Positions 7,998-16,956 of a DNA stretch of 64,000 nt are shown piece after piece. Source of the stretch: Anaerolineales bacterium (lineage in GTDB: Bacteria > Chloroflexota > Anaerolineae > Anaerolineales > Villigracilaceae); NCBI GenBank assembly GCA_014860805.1, contig JACZJB010000104.1:13075-77074 (forward strand), written 5' to 3'. A program made the translations under genes and the position numbers. Within the stretch, counting starts at the first letter, position 1. Every line of letters begins with the position of its first letter. The notes beneath the pieces are model-generated. The model did not search any database. It saw only the letters and a program-made list of their open reading frames with translations, and was not told the origin of the DNA.

Positions 7998-9299
7998 ATG
8001 GAAAAAATTTCAAAAGCGAATTACAAAAAATACCTAAAAGCTGCGATAAAAGCTGAAAACGAACGCACTCAAGAAGATAAACAGCTTTGGCGAAGCTATT
8101 TAGAAGATTTTGAATTAATTCAAGGTTTGGCGCCAATACAAAAAGCCGAAGCTTGGCTTAAGCATGTCATGACATACAAGTTTGTTTATGATTCTCTAGA
8201 TTGGGCTTCGCAATTCATAATCAATAAGTTTGCAGACCAAGAAGCTCTTATATATTTTATAAGCAGGGGTGTTGATTGTAATAATCATGTTAAGAAAATG
8301 GTCGCAAGGCTAAAAGAGCATAAAAAAGAATCGGAGTCTTTCTGGAATTTTTTAGAAACAAAGTCAGATAACGAGCTAAAATTTTTCGGGTTTCAAAAGA
8401 AAAAAACACGTACAAGAAAAGCAGATAGAGACGCCTCATATTATGCTGCCTTGTCAAGAAGTTCTTTCTCGCTTGCAAACGATGACGAAGCATACACAGT
8501 TGCCTCCATGATTAGAACCTTTCAGTGGTGTGACATAGGAGGATACGATATGGTTTGGAGAGAATATGCCAACAGATTAAATGAGGATGTAAACAGAGGC
8601 GGAGAAATAAACTCAGAAATAGCGAGTCACATGTTGTTTGATGTTTGTCGTTCAGATTTTGCTATTGAAGTTATGGGGGATAATCTTGTAAAACTCCTTG
8701 ATATTGTAGAAATGCCAGATTATCAACTAACCATCCCATGGCACCGTTGGAATTATGATGACATAAGTCTAAGGGCTGGTATAAAAACTAATTCGATTTT
8801 TGCTTACGCTGCCAGCATAGCCTTTGCTGAAAGAAGACTTCGACAAGATAAAACAAATCAAGAATTAGTTGAAAAAGCATTGAAATGGCTATTAGAAGTA
8901 CAGGAAGAAAATGGAGCTTGGAAAATTTCAACATTACTAGACCAACCTTCAATAATGGGAACATGCATGGTAGTTCACGCCCTCGCTATCAATAAACCTA
9001 AAGGGTGGAAATTAGCAGTATCACAAGCATGTTCTTGGTTAGTATCACAGCAAGACAACTTTGGGTTTTGGTATGAATCGCCTTTTCCATCTACCGACCC
9101 AATATATTTAACTGTTTTAGTTTTGGATACTCTTAACTTGGCGGAAGAAAATCCAACCCTAACTTTTAGAATTGAAGAAAAATATAATACTGCTGAGAAA
9201 ACAGCACAAATCAACATTAATGGAAATGTTTCCAGAAGCACTATAATTGTCGGAAATGACAATACAATCCAAAGAAAAAAGAAGGTAAAAAAGGTGTAG
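7998..9299 (+). CDS. cassette ORF: unknown N-terminal domain fused to prenyltransferase/terpene-cyclase-like alpha/alpha-toroid repeats
   Basis: Repeats ALKWLLEVQEENGAWK and ACSWLVSQQDNFGFWY resemble squalene-cyclase/prenyltransferase repeats. AT-rich codon usage. Confidence 0.6.
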   Translation: MEKISKANYKKYLKAAIKAENERTQEDKQLWRSYLEDFELIQGLAPIQKAEAWLKHVMTYKFVYDSLDWASQFIINKFADQEALIYFISRGVDCNNHVKKMVARLKEHKKESESFWNFLETKSDNELKFFGFQKKKTRTRKADRDASYYAALSRSSFSLANDDEAYTVASMIRTFQWCDIGGYDMVWREYANRLNEDVNRGGEINSEIASHMLFDVCRSDFAIEVMGDNLVKLLDIVEMPDYQLTIPWHRWNYDDISLRAGIKTNSIFAYAASIAFAERRLRQDKTNQELVEKALKWLLEVQEENGAWKISTLLDQPSIMGTCMVVHALAINKPKGWKLAVSQACSWLVSQQDNFGFWYESPFPSTDPIYLTVLVLDTLNLAEENPTLTFRIEEKYNTAEKTAQININGNVSRSTIIVGNDNTIQRKKKVKKV

Positions 9300-9336
9300 T
9301 TGTTTTTAGAGAGACAGTCTTGGCAAAATCAAAACC

Positions 9337-9571
9337 GCCCAACAAAGCGTCCCGATAGAACTGGGATGATCACCTGACCTCTTCTGTCCTTCGGACATCT
9401 TACCGCTCGCAAAGTACGCTCGGGTACGATGTCCCCTAAAGGGGAAGACTCAGCCATAGCCTTTTTCTGGCTGGACGGCTTCGCCAAGTCCACGCAACGG
9501 GGCAGGTATCCCCTTCGGGGACGATGTCCCACTCCGCTTCGCTGCGGGGATGATATCGCAAGCCGTTGGGC
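9337..9571 (+). repeat. attC-like site 1 (235 bp)
   Basis: 5' GCCCAAC-AAA-GCG and 3' CGC-AAGCC-GTTGGGC. The R'' and R' boxes are perfectly complementary. Confidence 0.55.
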
Positions 9572-9684
9572 AGTTCCTTACAGAATAAGTTCCAGAAAAG
9601 CAGAGAATAAAATCGAAATCGGTTTATAGGTTTACGCATACTTTACTTAATTAATTTATCACTGCCCACTATAAGGAAAGTAAA

Positions 9685-10197
9685 ATGAGTGCAATTTTTG
9701 AGATTTCAGGCTTAAATGTTTATATACAAATTGTAGTGACCATTATTTCAATTGCAGTGCATCTATTCGCCACACGAAACAAAAGACGTGCGGAATCTGC
9801 GCTTGAATTAATCACTCTCTATACAATAGGGCTTGCAGGTTGGTTCACTATAACCAGTGGGTTTTTCGGTCATATCATTTATGCAGATGAAGTCGCTATT
9901 TCTATTGGCTGGCCATTGCACAGCGGTTTTCAAATGGAATTGGCATTTGCGGCAATCGGAATAGGCATCGTTGGATTTGGTGGCTTTTGGAACAAGTCCT
10001 TTTGGCTCCCTTTCATCATTGCAAAAACTTCCTTTATGTTGGGCGCTGGAATTACCCACATCATCCACATGGTTCAAGATAATAACTTCTCGCCCAGCAA
10101 TACAGGTATCATTCTCTATTGGGATATCCTTTTACCTATTATTTTGATTGCCTTATATATATTCTATCGTCTCGAGCAAAGTGTTTTACAACAATAG
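9685..10197 (+). CDS. cassette ORF: small integral membrane protein (about 5 TM), unknown function
   Basis: Hydrophobic throughout. RBS AAGGAAAG lies upstream. Confidence 0.65.
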   Translation: MSAIFEISGLNVYIQIVVTIISIAVHLFATRNKRRAESALELITLYTIGLAGWFTITSGFFGHIIYADEVAISIGWPLHSGFQMELAFAAIGIGIVGFGGFWNKSFWLPFIIAKTSFMLGAGITHIIHMVQDNNFSPSNTGIILYWDILLPIILIALYIFYRLEQSVLQQ

Positions 10198-10237
10198 GTT
10201 AACTTTTATAAAAATAAAGAATTGAGTAAATGACACT

Positions 10238-10393
10238 GCCCAACAAAGCGTGCACTGGACGCTGGGGATTCTGTCGCATTTTCAAGCATTTTTCTGGCTT
10301 CGAGTTTATACTGCTCCCAAGCAGAGTCCACGCCCACCCACACGCAGGTATCCCACTCGCTCCGCTCAGAGACAGTGGCGCAAGCCGTTAGGC
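10238..10393 (+). repeat. attC-like site 2 (156 bp)
   Basis: 5' GCCCAAC-AAA-GCGTGCACTG and 3' CAGTGGCGC-AAGCC-GTTAGGC. The L boxes pair with unpaired bases. Confidence 0.6.
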
Positions 10394-10414
10394 GCTACAC
10401 TCAAAATAGTTTCT

Positions 10415-11647
10415 ATGCATATAACAATTCTTGCTCTTGGTTCGCGCGGTGACATTCAACCCTATGCCACACTTGGCAATGGGCTAAAATCTGCTGGACA
10501 TCAAGTTCGTTTTATTACCTTTGAGAGTTTTGCTTCTCTTGTTGCTGAAAACAAACTCGACTTTCACCCTATTCAAGGAAACGCACAAGCATTAGTCGCC
10601 AACGGAGGGGCAGACATGCTTGGTCTCATACGGTCTTTTGGCTCTCTTGCAGGAGGCTATGCCCGCGATTTGTCTGTACCTCAGTTGGGTGAAACAGACC
10701 TTATCATTAATCAATTGCCAATGGGTTTATACGGCTTAGACTTGGCAGAAAAATATGGTGTTCCGATGGTGCTAGCGTCTGTAATTCCAGTGGCTCGAAC
10801 CAAGACGTTTCCGCTTATGGGATTTCCTAAACTTCCTTTGCCAGGCTACAACAAAGCAACATACTATCTAGGCGAACAAATAGGATGGCAAATGTTTCGC
10901 ACTGTAATTAATCGTTGGCGTAAACAAACGCTCAATCTGCCTCCACTACCCATAGCAGGTTACTTCGGACAATTAGGAACGCGCCAGATTCCAATCGTGA
11001 ATGGGTTTAGTCAGCATGTGGTTCCGCACCCAGTCGATTGGAACGAGCATATCCACATCACAGGCTATTGGTTTCCAGAAGACGTGCATTGGCAACCGCC
11101 AAATGATTTATCAGGATTTATTGAAGCAGGCAATCCGCCTGTGTTTATTGGTTTCGGAAGTATGCCAATAAAAGACCCGCAACGAACCACTAATATCATT
11201 CTCGAAGCCCTAAAACAGACTGGGCAACGCGGAATTTTACATATGGGTTGGGGCGGTCTTGGAAATCAATCATTACCTGATAATGTTTTCGAAATTGATT
11301 ACGCCCCTTACGATTGGCTGTTTCCACGAATGGCTACGGTGATTCACCATGGCGGTTCAGGAACAACTGCTTTTGGTCTTCGTTCTGGCATACCATCCTG
11401 CGTTGTATCGTTTGTATTTGACCAGCATTATTGGGGAGAACGGATCGCTGCGTTGGGAGCGGGTCCGAAACCCATTCGATATAAGGAACTGACTGTCGAA
11501 CGTCTAGCGGAAGCTATTCGCATCGGCGTTGGCAACTTTCGAATAAAGCAAAAAGCTGCTGAACTTAGTCAAAAGATTCAAGCAGAAAATGGAATCAAAA
11601 ATGCGCTGACCATATTTGAAAAGATGTTATGTACTAATTCAGCATAA
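10415..11647 (+). CDS. cassette ORF: GT1-family UDP-glycosyltransferase (MGT/sterol-glucosyltransferase-like)
   Basis: MHITILALGSRGDIQPYATLG ... HHGGSGTTAFGLRSGIP. The ORF-track start at 10250 reads through attC-like site 2. Confidence 0.85.
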   Translation: MHITILALGSRGDIQPYATLGNGLKSAGHQVRFITFESFASLVAENKLDFHPIQGNAQALVANGGADMLGLIRSFGSLAGGYARDLSVPQLGETDLIINQLPMGLYGLDLAEKYGVPMVLASVIPVARTKTFPLMGFPKLPLPGYNKATYYLGEQIGWQMFRTVINRWRKQTLNLPPLPIAGYFGQLGTRQIPIVNGFSQHVVPHPVDWNEHIHITGYWFPEDVHWQPPNDLSGFIEAGNPPVFIGFGSMPIKDPQRTTNIILEALKQTGQRGILHMGWGGLGNQSLPDNVFEIDYAPYDWLFPRMATVIHHGGSGTTAFGLRSGIPSCVVSFVFDQHYWGERIAALGAGPKPIRYKELTVERLAEAIRIGVGNFRIKQKAAELSQKIQAENGIKNALTIFEKMLCTNSA

Positions 11648-11716
11648 ACGCGTCAAATGAAGTTGCATCTAATCTTTTATGGAAATTATATGTAGTAAGA
11701 TTTTAGGAGACCGCCA

Positions 11717-12340
11717 ATGAATAAGAAAGAAAGTGCATCCTCGACAGCCTTAACTGGTAAAAGCAAAAACTCCAATAAATCATCGAGCAATGCGATATGG
11801 GGTCAAGATTACCGAAAAGGGTTTGGATTTCTTGCGCTCATGGTTTTGGATTTTGTGATATTAACATATTATTATATGCTTTTACATGGGATTGATTTAT
11901 TCGTGCTTTTAAGGCAGCCGCCAACCGCATTGACCTTTGATTATATTGGAGGAAGTGCTAATGCCTTTTCAGTTGGTAGTGAGATTGTGTATTGGGCATT
12001 GATAGGGGTTATATGTCAAATGGCGTATTTGGCTGGACGAACGCTTATTGAAGGGAGTTTCGATTTTTGGAAATCATTTTTTGGCTGGATAGGAACCAGT
12101 TTGTATGCGGTCGGGACAGCCATCGCCGTGATCTTCTCACTTAAAATAGTTTCAATTAACATTGCCGATATAAAAATCACATTGGCAGACGCACCCATCG
12201 AGGTCATTATCGCCATTTCAATCATATTGGGATTTTATAGCGAGGAGTCTCGTCGATTGCTGGGTAGACTTCGTAGGCAAATCGTGAGCGGAATGACCGC
12301 TGAAGGTGAAGAACATGAAAAAGACAAGGCACATCAATAA
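11717..12340 (+). CDS. membrane protein, unknown function (same cassette as the glycosyltransferase)
   Basis: RBS AGGAG. About 4 TM segments. No attC-like element lies between it and the GT gene. Confidence 0.6.
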   Translation: MNKKESASSTALTGKSKNSNKSSSNAIWGQDYRKGFGFLALMVLDFVILTYYYMLLHGIDLFVLLRQPPTALTFDYIGGSANAFSVGSEIVYWALIGVICQMAYLAGRTLIEGSFDFWKSFFGWIGTSLYAVGTAIAVIFSLKIVSINIADIKITLADAPIEVIIAISIILGFYSEESRRLLGRLRRQIVSGMTAEGEEHEKDKAHQ

Positions 12341-12416
12341 CGGTTAAGTACCTTTAAAGATACAAAATCAAAATATTGTTGGCAGGTCAAAGTACAAAGT
12401 GAGCAAAAAGAAAAGC

Positions 12417-12689
12417 GGCTAACAAAGCCTCCCGATAGAACTGGGATGATATGCAACTGACCTCTTCTGTCCTTCGGACATCTACCACGCGCTCCGCTCG
12501 GGTACTATGTTCCCCTAAAGGGGAAGACTCAGCTTTAGCCTTTTTCCCTGGACTGTCCGTCCACCTGTGCCTGCGTCAAGGTGCAGGCAGGACAGGCTGG
12601 TTGGACGGCTTCGCCAAGTCCACGCAACGGGGCAGGTATACCCTAACGGGGACGATCCTCTACAAGGACTTTGCCGCAAACCATTGGGC
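12417..12689 (+). repeat. attC-like site 3 (273 bp; both core boxes carry one mismatch)
   Basis: 5' GGCTAAC-AAA-GCC and 3' GCCGCAAACC-ATTGGGC. The interior shares modules with sites 1 and 4. Confidence 0.5.
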
Positions 12690-12724
12690 AGTTCCTTGGC
12701 ATATAACTTCTTAAGGATTAACTG

Positions 12725-13225
12725 ATGAAGAAATCTGAACTTTTGAATTGGTTTCAAGAAGAGTATCAGCGTTGGGAGTTACTCCTTGCTGCAATTGGTC
12801 AAAAACGTATGACTCAGTCAGGCGTAAATGGTAAATGGGCAATGCGAGACATAATTGCTCACCTAACAGGTTGGCAATTAAATCTTACGAATCAATTCAT
12901 CGCGGCGATGAATGGAGAGTTAGAATCACCTCCCCCTTGGTCAAAAGAGCTAAAGAGTGAAGATGATATTAATGCCTGGATATATGAAACAAATCGCAAG
13001 AAAGATTTAGGACAAGTCTTGGAAGACGCGCGCCAAGTTCATGAAAAAATGCGCGACGCAATTAGTAACTTACCAGATGATATTCGGATTGAGACAATTG
13101 ATTCAAAATTTCATGTAGTTTATATAAATGACCAACGATTCGCTGTTGGTGAGTTCTTTCATCATTTCTATGATGACCATCAGTCTGACGTGCGCACTTG
13201 GTTATCAAGAACAGAGAACGAATAA
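12725..13225 (+). CDS. cassette ORF: DinB-superfamily four-helix-bundle protein (ClbS/DfsB-like)
   Basis: WAMRDIIAHLTGWQ motif, and the size and helix pattern fit. Confidence 0.6.
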   Translation: MKKSELLNWFQEEYQRWELLLAAIGQKRMTQSGVNGKWAMRDIIAHLTGWQLNLTNQFIAAMNGELESPPPWSKELKSEDDINAWIYETNRKKDLGQVLEDARQVHEKMRDAISNLPDDIRIETIDSKFHVVYINDQRFAVGEFFHHFYDDHQSDVRTWLSRTENE

Positions 13226-13301
13226 TTGTCGTGATAGGCAGAACAAAAGCCCAATGTATTTCGGCTCTTATAATAGCAAAAGAGTCTTATGGCTAAAACC
13301 T

Positions 13302-13520
13302 GCCCAACAAAGCGTCCCGATAGAGCTGGGATGATATGCACTGGACGCTGGGGACTGCCGCCTTCGGCGGCGTGCGCAAATCTCAAGCAGTTTTACACGC
13401 TTTATCATTTTTCCCTGGACTGTCCGTCCACCTGTGCCTGCGGCAAGGTGCAGGCAGGGCAGACTGGTTGGACGGTGTCCCATTCGCTGCACTCAGGGAT
13501 GGTAGCACAAACCGTTAGCC
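13302..13520 (+). repeat. attC-like site 4 (219 bp)
   Basis: 5' GCCCAAC-AAA-GCG and 3' GCACAAACC-GTTAGCC. Confidence 0.5.
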
Positions 13521-13555
13521 CACTAGATATGTTTTTCCTCCAGAAGGAACAAAAA

Positions 13556-14857
13556 ATGAGACTATACAGGATCATCTTCATTATCAGTACAATAATTTTG
13601 GCGACTCTTGCCTGTAGAGTAGGACAGCGAGCTGAAGCTCATCCATCAACAATCTCCGCTTCGCCAGCGCAATCTGAAAAACTCGAACCTACAGAATCAT
13701 ATGAACCAACCACTTTACCATCTCCAACACAGACTCCCAATCCTTTCCCAAACCCCATACTCAAGATCGTTGGCGAAGAGGAAATCGTTTTTGATTGGAC
13801 AACTGATCGTTGTGCAAACCACAATATTCCAGACCTGCCATTGCGGGCATTTCGGGGTCTGGATGGGCAGGTTCAAGCGATTATTAGCAGCGACAATAAT
13901 TATCGTATGCTTGGCCCAGACTTGAATGATCTGACAATCGATTGCAATCCGATCATGACATCCAAATATGATCCCGACCCATCTCGGTATACTGACGCCC
14001 AATGGGTTGCAGCGCCTTACACTGAAGATGGACAAACGGTCTACGCGTTGGTGCATAACGAATATCAGGGACATACCCATCCCGGGCAATGTCCGCAAAA
14101 TGATTATTTCTCGTGCTGGGACAATTCGATTACGCTCGCGATTTCTATTGATGGCGGCAAAACCTACACAGAGTCGCAAACTCCTCCCTCACATCTGGTT
14201 GCGCGATTCCCATATCCGTATGAGGCTGGTGCGGGTCCCGAAGGTTTCCGAAGTCCAAGTAATATCATTAAGGGACAGGATAATTATTACTACAGCTTTT
14301 TCAATGTCAGCGAATATGGAACCCAAAAACAATGGGTTTGTCTGATGAGGACGGATGATCTGAGCCTGCCGGCGTCATGGCGATTTTGGAATGGAACAGC
14401 ATTTGAAGGTCAAATCGCCGATCCATATACGGATGATGTCAGCAATCCAGAGGCGCATATTTGTCCACATATTGACCAGGTGGGGAATACCAGCGAATCA
14501 TTGAGTGAAAGCATCACCTATAACACATTCCTTAAACGCTATGTGCTGGTTGGCATCAGCGCCGATTGGCTGGATAACCGGGAGGTCTGGGGTTTTTACT
14601 ATTCATTCTCTGATGACCTTATACACTGGACGCACAGAAAATTACTGCTAGAAATCGAACTTCCGTGGACCGTCGAATTCCCCGGCTCGGATCTTTCGTA
14701 TCTTTACCCCAGTTTGCTTGATCCCGAAAGTGAGTCACGCAATTTCGAGACGACGGATAACACAGCCTATCTATACTACACTCGCAACAATTTTGGTCAC
14801 GGCAGCCTGGATCGCGACCTGATCCGCGTCCCGGTTGAATTCTTTCCGTCACCATAA
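13556..14857 (+). CDS. cassette ORF: secreted/lipid-anchored protein with an Asp-box (BNR-like) motif, unknown function
   Basis: Signal/lipobox-like MRLYRIIFIISTIILATLAC. SIDGGKTYT Asp-box. The ORF-track start at 13289 reads through attC-like site 4. Confidence 0.65.
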   Translation: MRLYRIIFIISTIILATLACRVGQRAEAHPSTISASPAQSEKLEPTESYEPTTLPSPTQTPNPFPNPILKIVGEEEIVFDWTTDRCANHNIPDLPLRAFRGLDGQVQAIISSDNNYRMLGPDLNDLTIDCNPIMTSKYDPDPSRYTDAQWVAAPYTEDGQTVYALVHNEYQGHTHPGQCPQNDYFSCWDNSITLAISIDGGKTYTESQTPPSHLVARFPYPYEAGAGPEGFRSPSNIIKGQDNYYYSFFNVSEYGTQKQWVCLMRTDDLSLPASWRFWNGTAFEGQIADPYTDDVSNPEAHICPHIDQVGNTSESLSESITYNTFLKRYVLVGISADWLDNREVWGFYYSFSDDLIHWTHRKLLLEIELPWTVEFPGSDLSYLYPSLLDPESESRNFETTDNTAYLYYTRNNFGHGSLDRDLIRVPVEFFPSP

Positions 14858-14918
14858 CAAGTTTGCAAAAGATTATCCTACATCCTTGAATTCAACCACT
14901 GTAATAGGTGTCAACACG

Positions 14919-15023
14919 GGCTAATAAAGCGTCCCGATAAAACTGGGATGATATCCCTTTCGGCGATGATATGCAGTGGACGCTGGGGATTCTGCGCGAT
15001 TTACAAGCATTTTCCTGGCTTCG
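14919..15023 (+). repeat. attC-like site 5, degenerate and 3'-truncated
   Basis: 5' GGCTAAT-AAA-GCGTCCCGATAAAACTGGGATGAT. It shares GCAGTGGACGCTGGGGATTCTG and CAAGCATTTTCCTGGCTTCG with site 2. No R' box is present. Confidence 0.4.
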
Positions 15024-15108
15024 TGCAAAATTGTGACTTGATATAATTTACTCTCTTTTGACGGAACCTTATTCGCCTACTCATCGTCGTTCTCTGCAAG
15101 GAGAAAAA

Positions 15109-15873
15109 ATGAAGAAAATAATTTACCTGCTTCCTTTACTACTAGGCATTCTTGCCTGTGGAGCACAGCCTCAGCCACCCCAGAATGTGTCTGATATTGT
15201 TAATGCCACTTTAACTGCGATTGCTCAAAATAACCTGCAAGTTATTACACCACAAACTATTATCGCAACAACTACTATTGAACCAACAATGCCAGGCGTT
15301 ATTTTAACAACCCCTTCCGTTCCAACTGCCTTTTCACCAATACATACATCAACCGCCTGCTCTGCGAATTGGTTTTTCGCTTTCGATAATAACCATCTCT
15401 CACTGGCTTCCTTTTGCCCCGAACCAGCCAAGTTGCTGGAAGCCGTAGGGCAGGATTTTGAAGGAGGCCGGGCATATCGTTATGCGCCTGACCCGTCGTA
15501 TCCTGCCGATCAAAGAGGGACGGTATATATAATCTATAATAATGGGGAATGGGTCACATATCCAGATAATTGGGATTCCAGTCAACCTTCCAGCGACACA
15601 AATCTGGTAGCTCCTAATGGGCGTTATCAACCCGTTGACAGCATAGGCAAAGTTTGGCGTGAAAATGCAGACGTTCGCAATCGGTTAGGCTGGGCATACG
15701 AATCTCAAAGCCAGTTCTCAGGGAGATTTCAATCTTACTTGGTGCAGCAAGGCATACCAAGTGGAGATACTCATTTTTTCTTCATAGACCATGGCCAATG
15801 GGGAATGGTGTTGTTGCTCAATTCAGTGGACATGGGTCCAAACAAATGGGAAGTAGCAGGATATTACCAATAA
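15109..15873 (+). CDS. cassette ORF: lipoprotein, unknown function
   Basis: MKKIIYLLPLLLGILACG lipobox. RBS GGAGAAAAA. Confidence 0.7.
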   Translation: MKKIIYLLPLLLGILACGAQPQPPQNVSDIVNATLTAIAQNNLQVITPQTIIATTTIEPTMPGVILTTPSVPTAFSPIHTSTACSANWFFAFDNNHLSLASFCPEPAKLLEAVGQDFEGGRAYRYAPDPSYPADQRGTVYIIYNNGEWVTYPDNWDSSQPSSDTNLVAPNGRYQPVDSIGKVWRENADVRNRLGWAYESQSQFSGRFQSYLVQQGIPSGDTHFFFIDHGQWGMVLLLNSVDMGPNKWEVAGYYQ

Positions 15874-15878
15874 AAAGT

Positions 15879-15925
15879 CAACCGACAAAGCGTGCAGCAT
15901 GCACTTGATGCTGGAAGCTGACCGA
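15879..15925 (+). repeat. remnant of an attC-like 5' end
   Basis: CAACCGACAAAGCGTGCA... compared with GCCCAACAAAGCGTGCA of site 2. Confidence 0.3.
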
Positions 15926-15945
15926 ATTACATAAGGATTAAATCT

Positions 15946-16956
15946 ATGACCAATGATTTGATTGAAATCAATGCTACACCTGCTATTCCAGGGTTAAGAT
16001 TTCGTCACTTTCGCGGACCGACCGACTACCCTTCCATGTCCACTGCCATCGCTCTCAGCGCCGATGCAGATCAGGTGGAACGCGTCGCCACGGTCGAAGA
16101 TATTGCAATGTCCTACACCCATTTGACCAACAGCGACCCATATCACGATATGATTCTTGCCGAAATTAATCATGAGGTAATTGGGTATTCGCGCGGCTGG
16201 TGGTTCGAAGAAGAAAACGGACCTCGTCTGTATGCGTTTGTCGGGTTTCTGGTTCCTGCCTGGCGACGAAAAGGAATCGGTCGGGAAATGCTGCGTTGGA
16301 TGGAAAACCGTTTACGGGCCATTGCAACAGAACATCCCGCTGAACAGGAGAAATTCTTTCAATCTTTTGCCACACAATATGAAGTGGGCTTGGCAGCTAT
16401 GCTGGAAAATGAAGGCTATCAGCCCGTTCGCTATAACTGGGAAATGGTGCGTCCGACATTAGACAATATCCCTACCTTCCCCATGCCTGAAGGCTTGGAA
16501 ATTCGCCCTGTGCTCCCGGAACATTATCGGGCAATCTGGGACGCAGCCACTGAATCTTTTCGCGATCATTGGGGATTTTCACATCCCACTGAGGAAGATT
16601 ATCAAGATTGGCTGACAGACAAGAACATTTTTCAGCCAGACCTCTGGCAGGTCGCCTGGGATATGGCGACGAATCAAGTAGCGGGACAGGTCCGCCCCTT
16701 TATTTATCATGCTCAGAATGAAAAATTTAACCGTAAGCGGGGCTTCACGGAGTCTGTCAGCGTTCGACGACCATGGCGAAGACGCGGGCTGGCGCGGGCT
16801 CTCATCGTGCGCAGCCTCGAAGCACAAAAGCAGCAAGGTATGACAGAATCTATTCTCAGTGTGGACAGTGAAAACATAAGTGGTGCGACCCGTATATATG
16901 AAGACTGTGGTTTTCGGGTAGTAAAGCGAAATACCATCTATCGAAAAGCGCTGTAA
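15946..16956 (+). CDS. double-GNAT N-acetyltransferase (MshD-like architecture)
   Basis: Two acetyltransferase halves (VPAWRRKGIGREML and RRPWRRRGLARALI). Confidence 0.75.
   Translation: MTNDLIEINATPAIPGLRFRHFRGPTDYPSMSTAIALSADADQVERVATVEDIAMSYTHLTNSDPYHDMILAEINHEVIGYSRGWWFEEENGPRLYAFVGFLVPAWRRKGIGREMLRWMENRLRAIATEHPAEQEKFFQSFATQYEVGLAAMLENEGYQPVRYNWEMVRPTLDNIPTFPMPEGLEIRPVLPEHYRAIWDAATESFRDHWGFSHPTEEDYQDWLTDKNIFQPDLWQVAWDMATNQVAGQVRPFIYHAQNEKFNRKRGFTESVSVRRPWRRRGLARALIVRSLEAQKQQGMTESILSVDSENISGATRIYEDCGFRVVKRNTIYRKAL

Noticed and set aside
10250-10414. N-terminal extensions of ORF-track entries (10250, 13289, 5087, 5347; also 3839-4000 on the minus strand)
   Set aside because: The extensions translate attC-like or REP-like repeat DNA, or overlap the preceding gene. 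Internal ATGs with Shine-Dalgarno sequences coincide with the start of recognisable domains.
9337-15925. Possibility that the recurrent intergenic elements form a CRISPR array
   Set aside because: The repeats are 150-270 bp, unequal and mosaic, and they are separated by full-length genes. There is no short constant repeat with unique spacers, and no cas genes.
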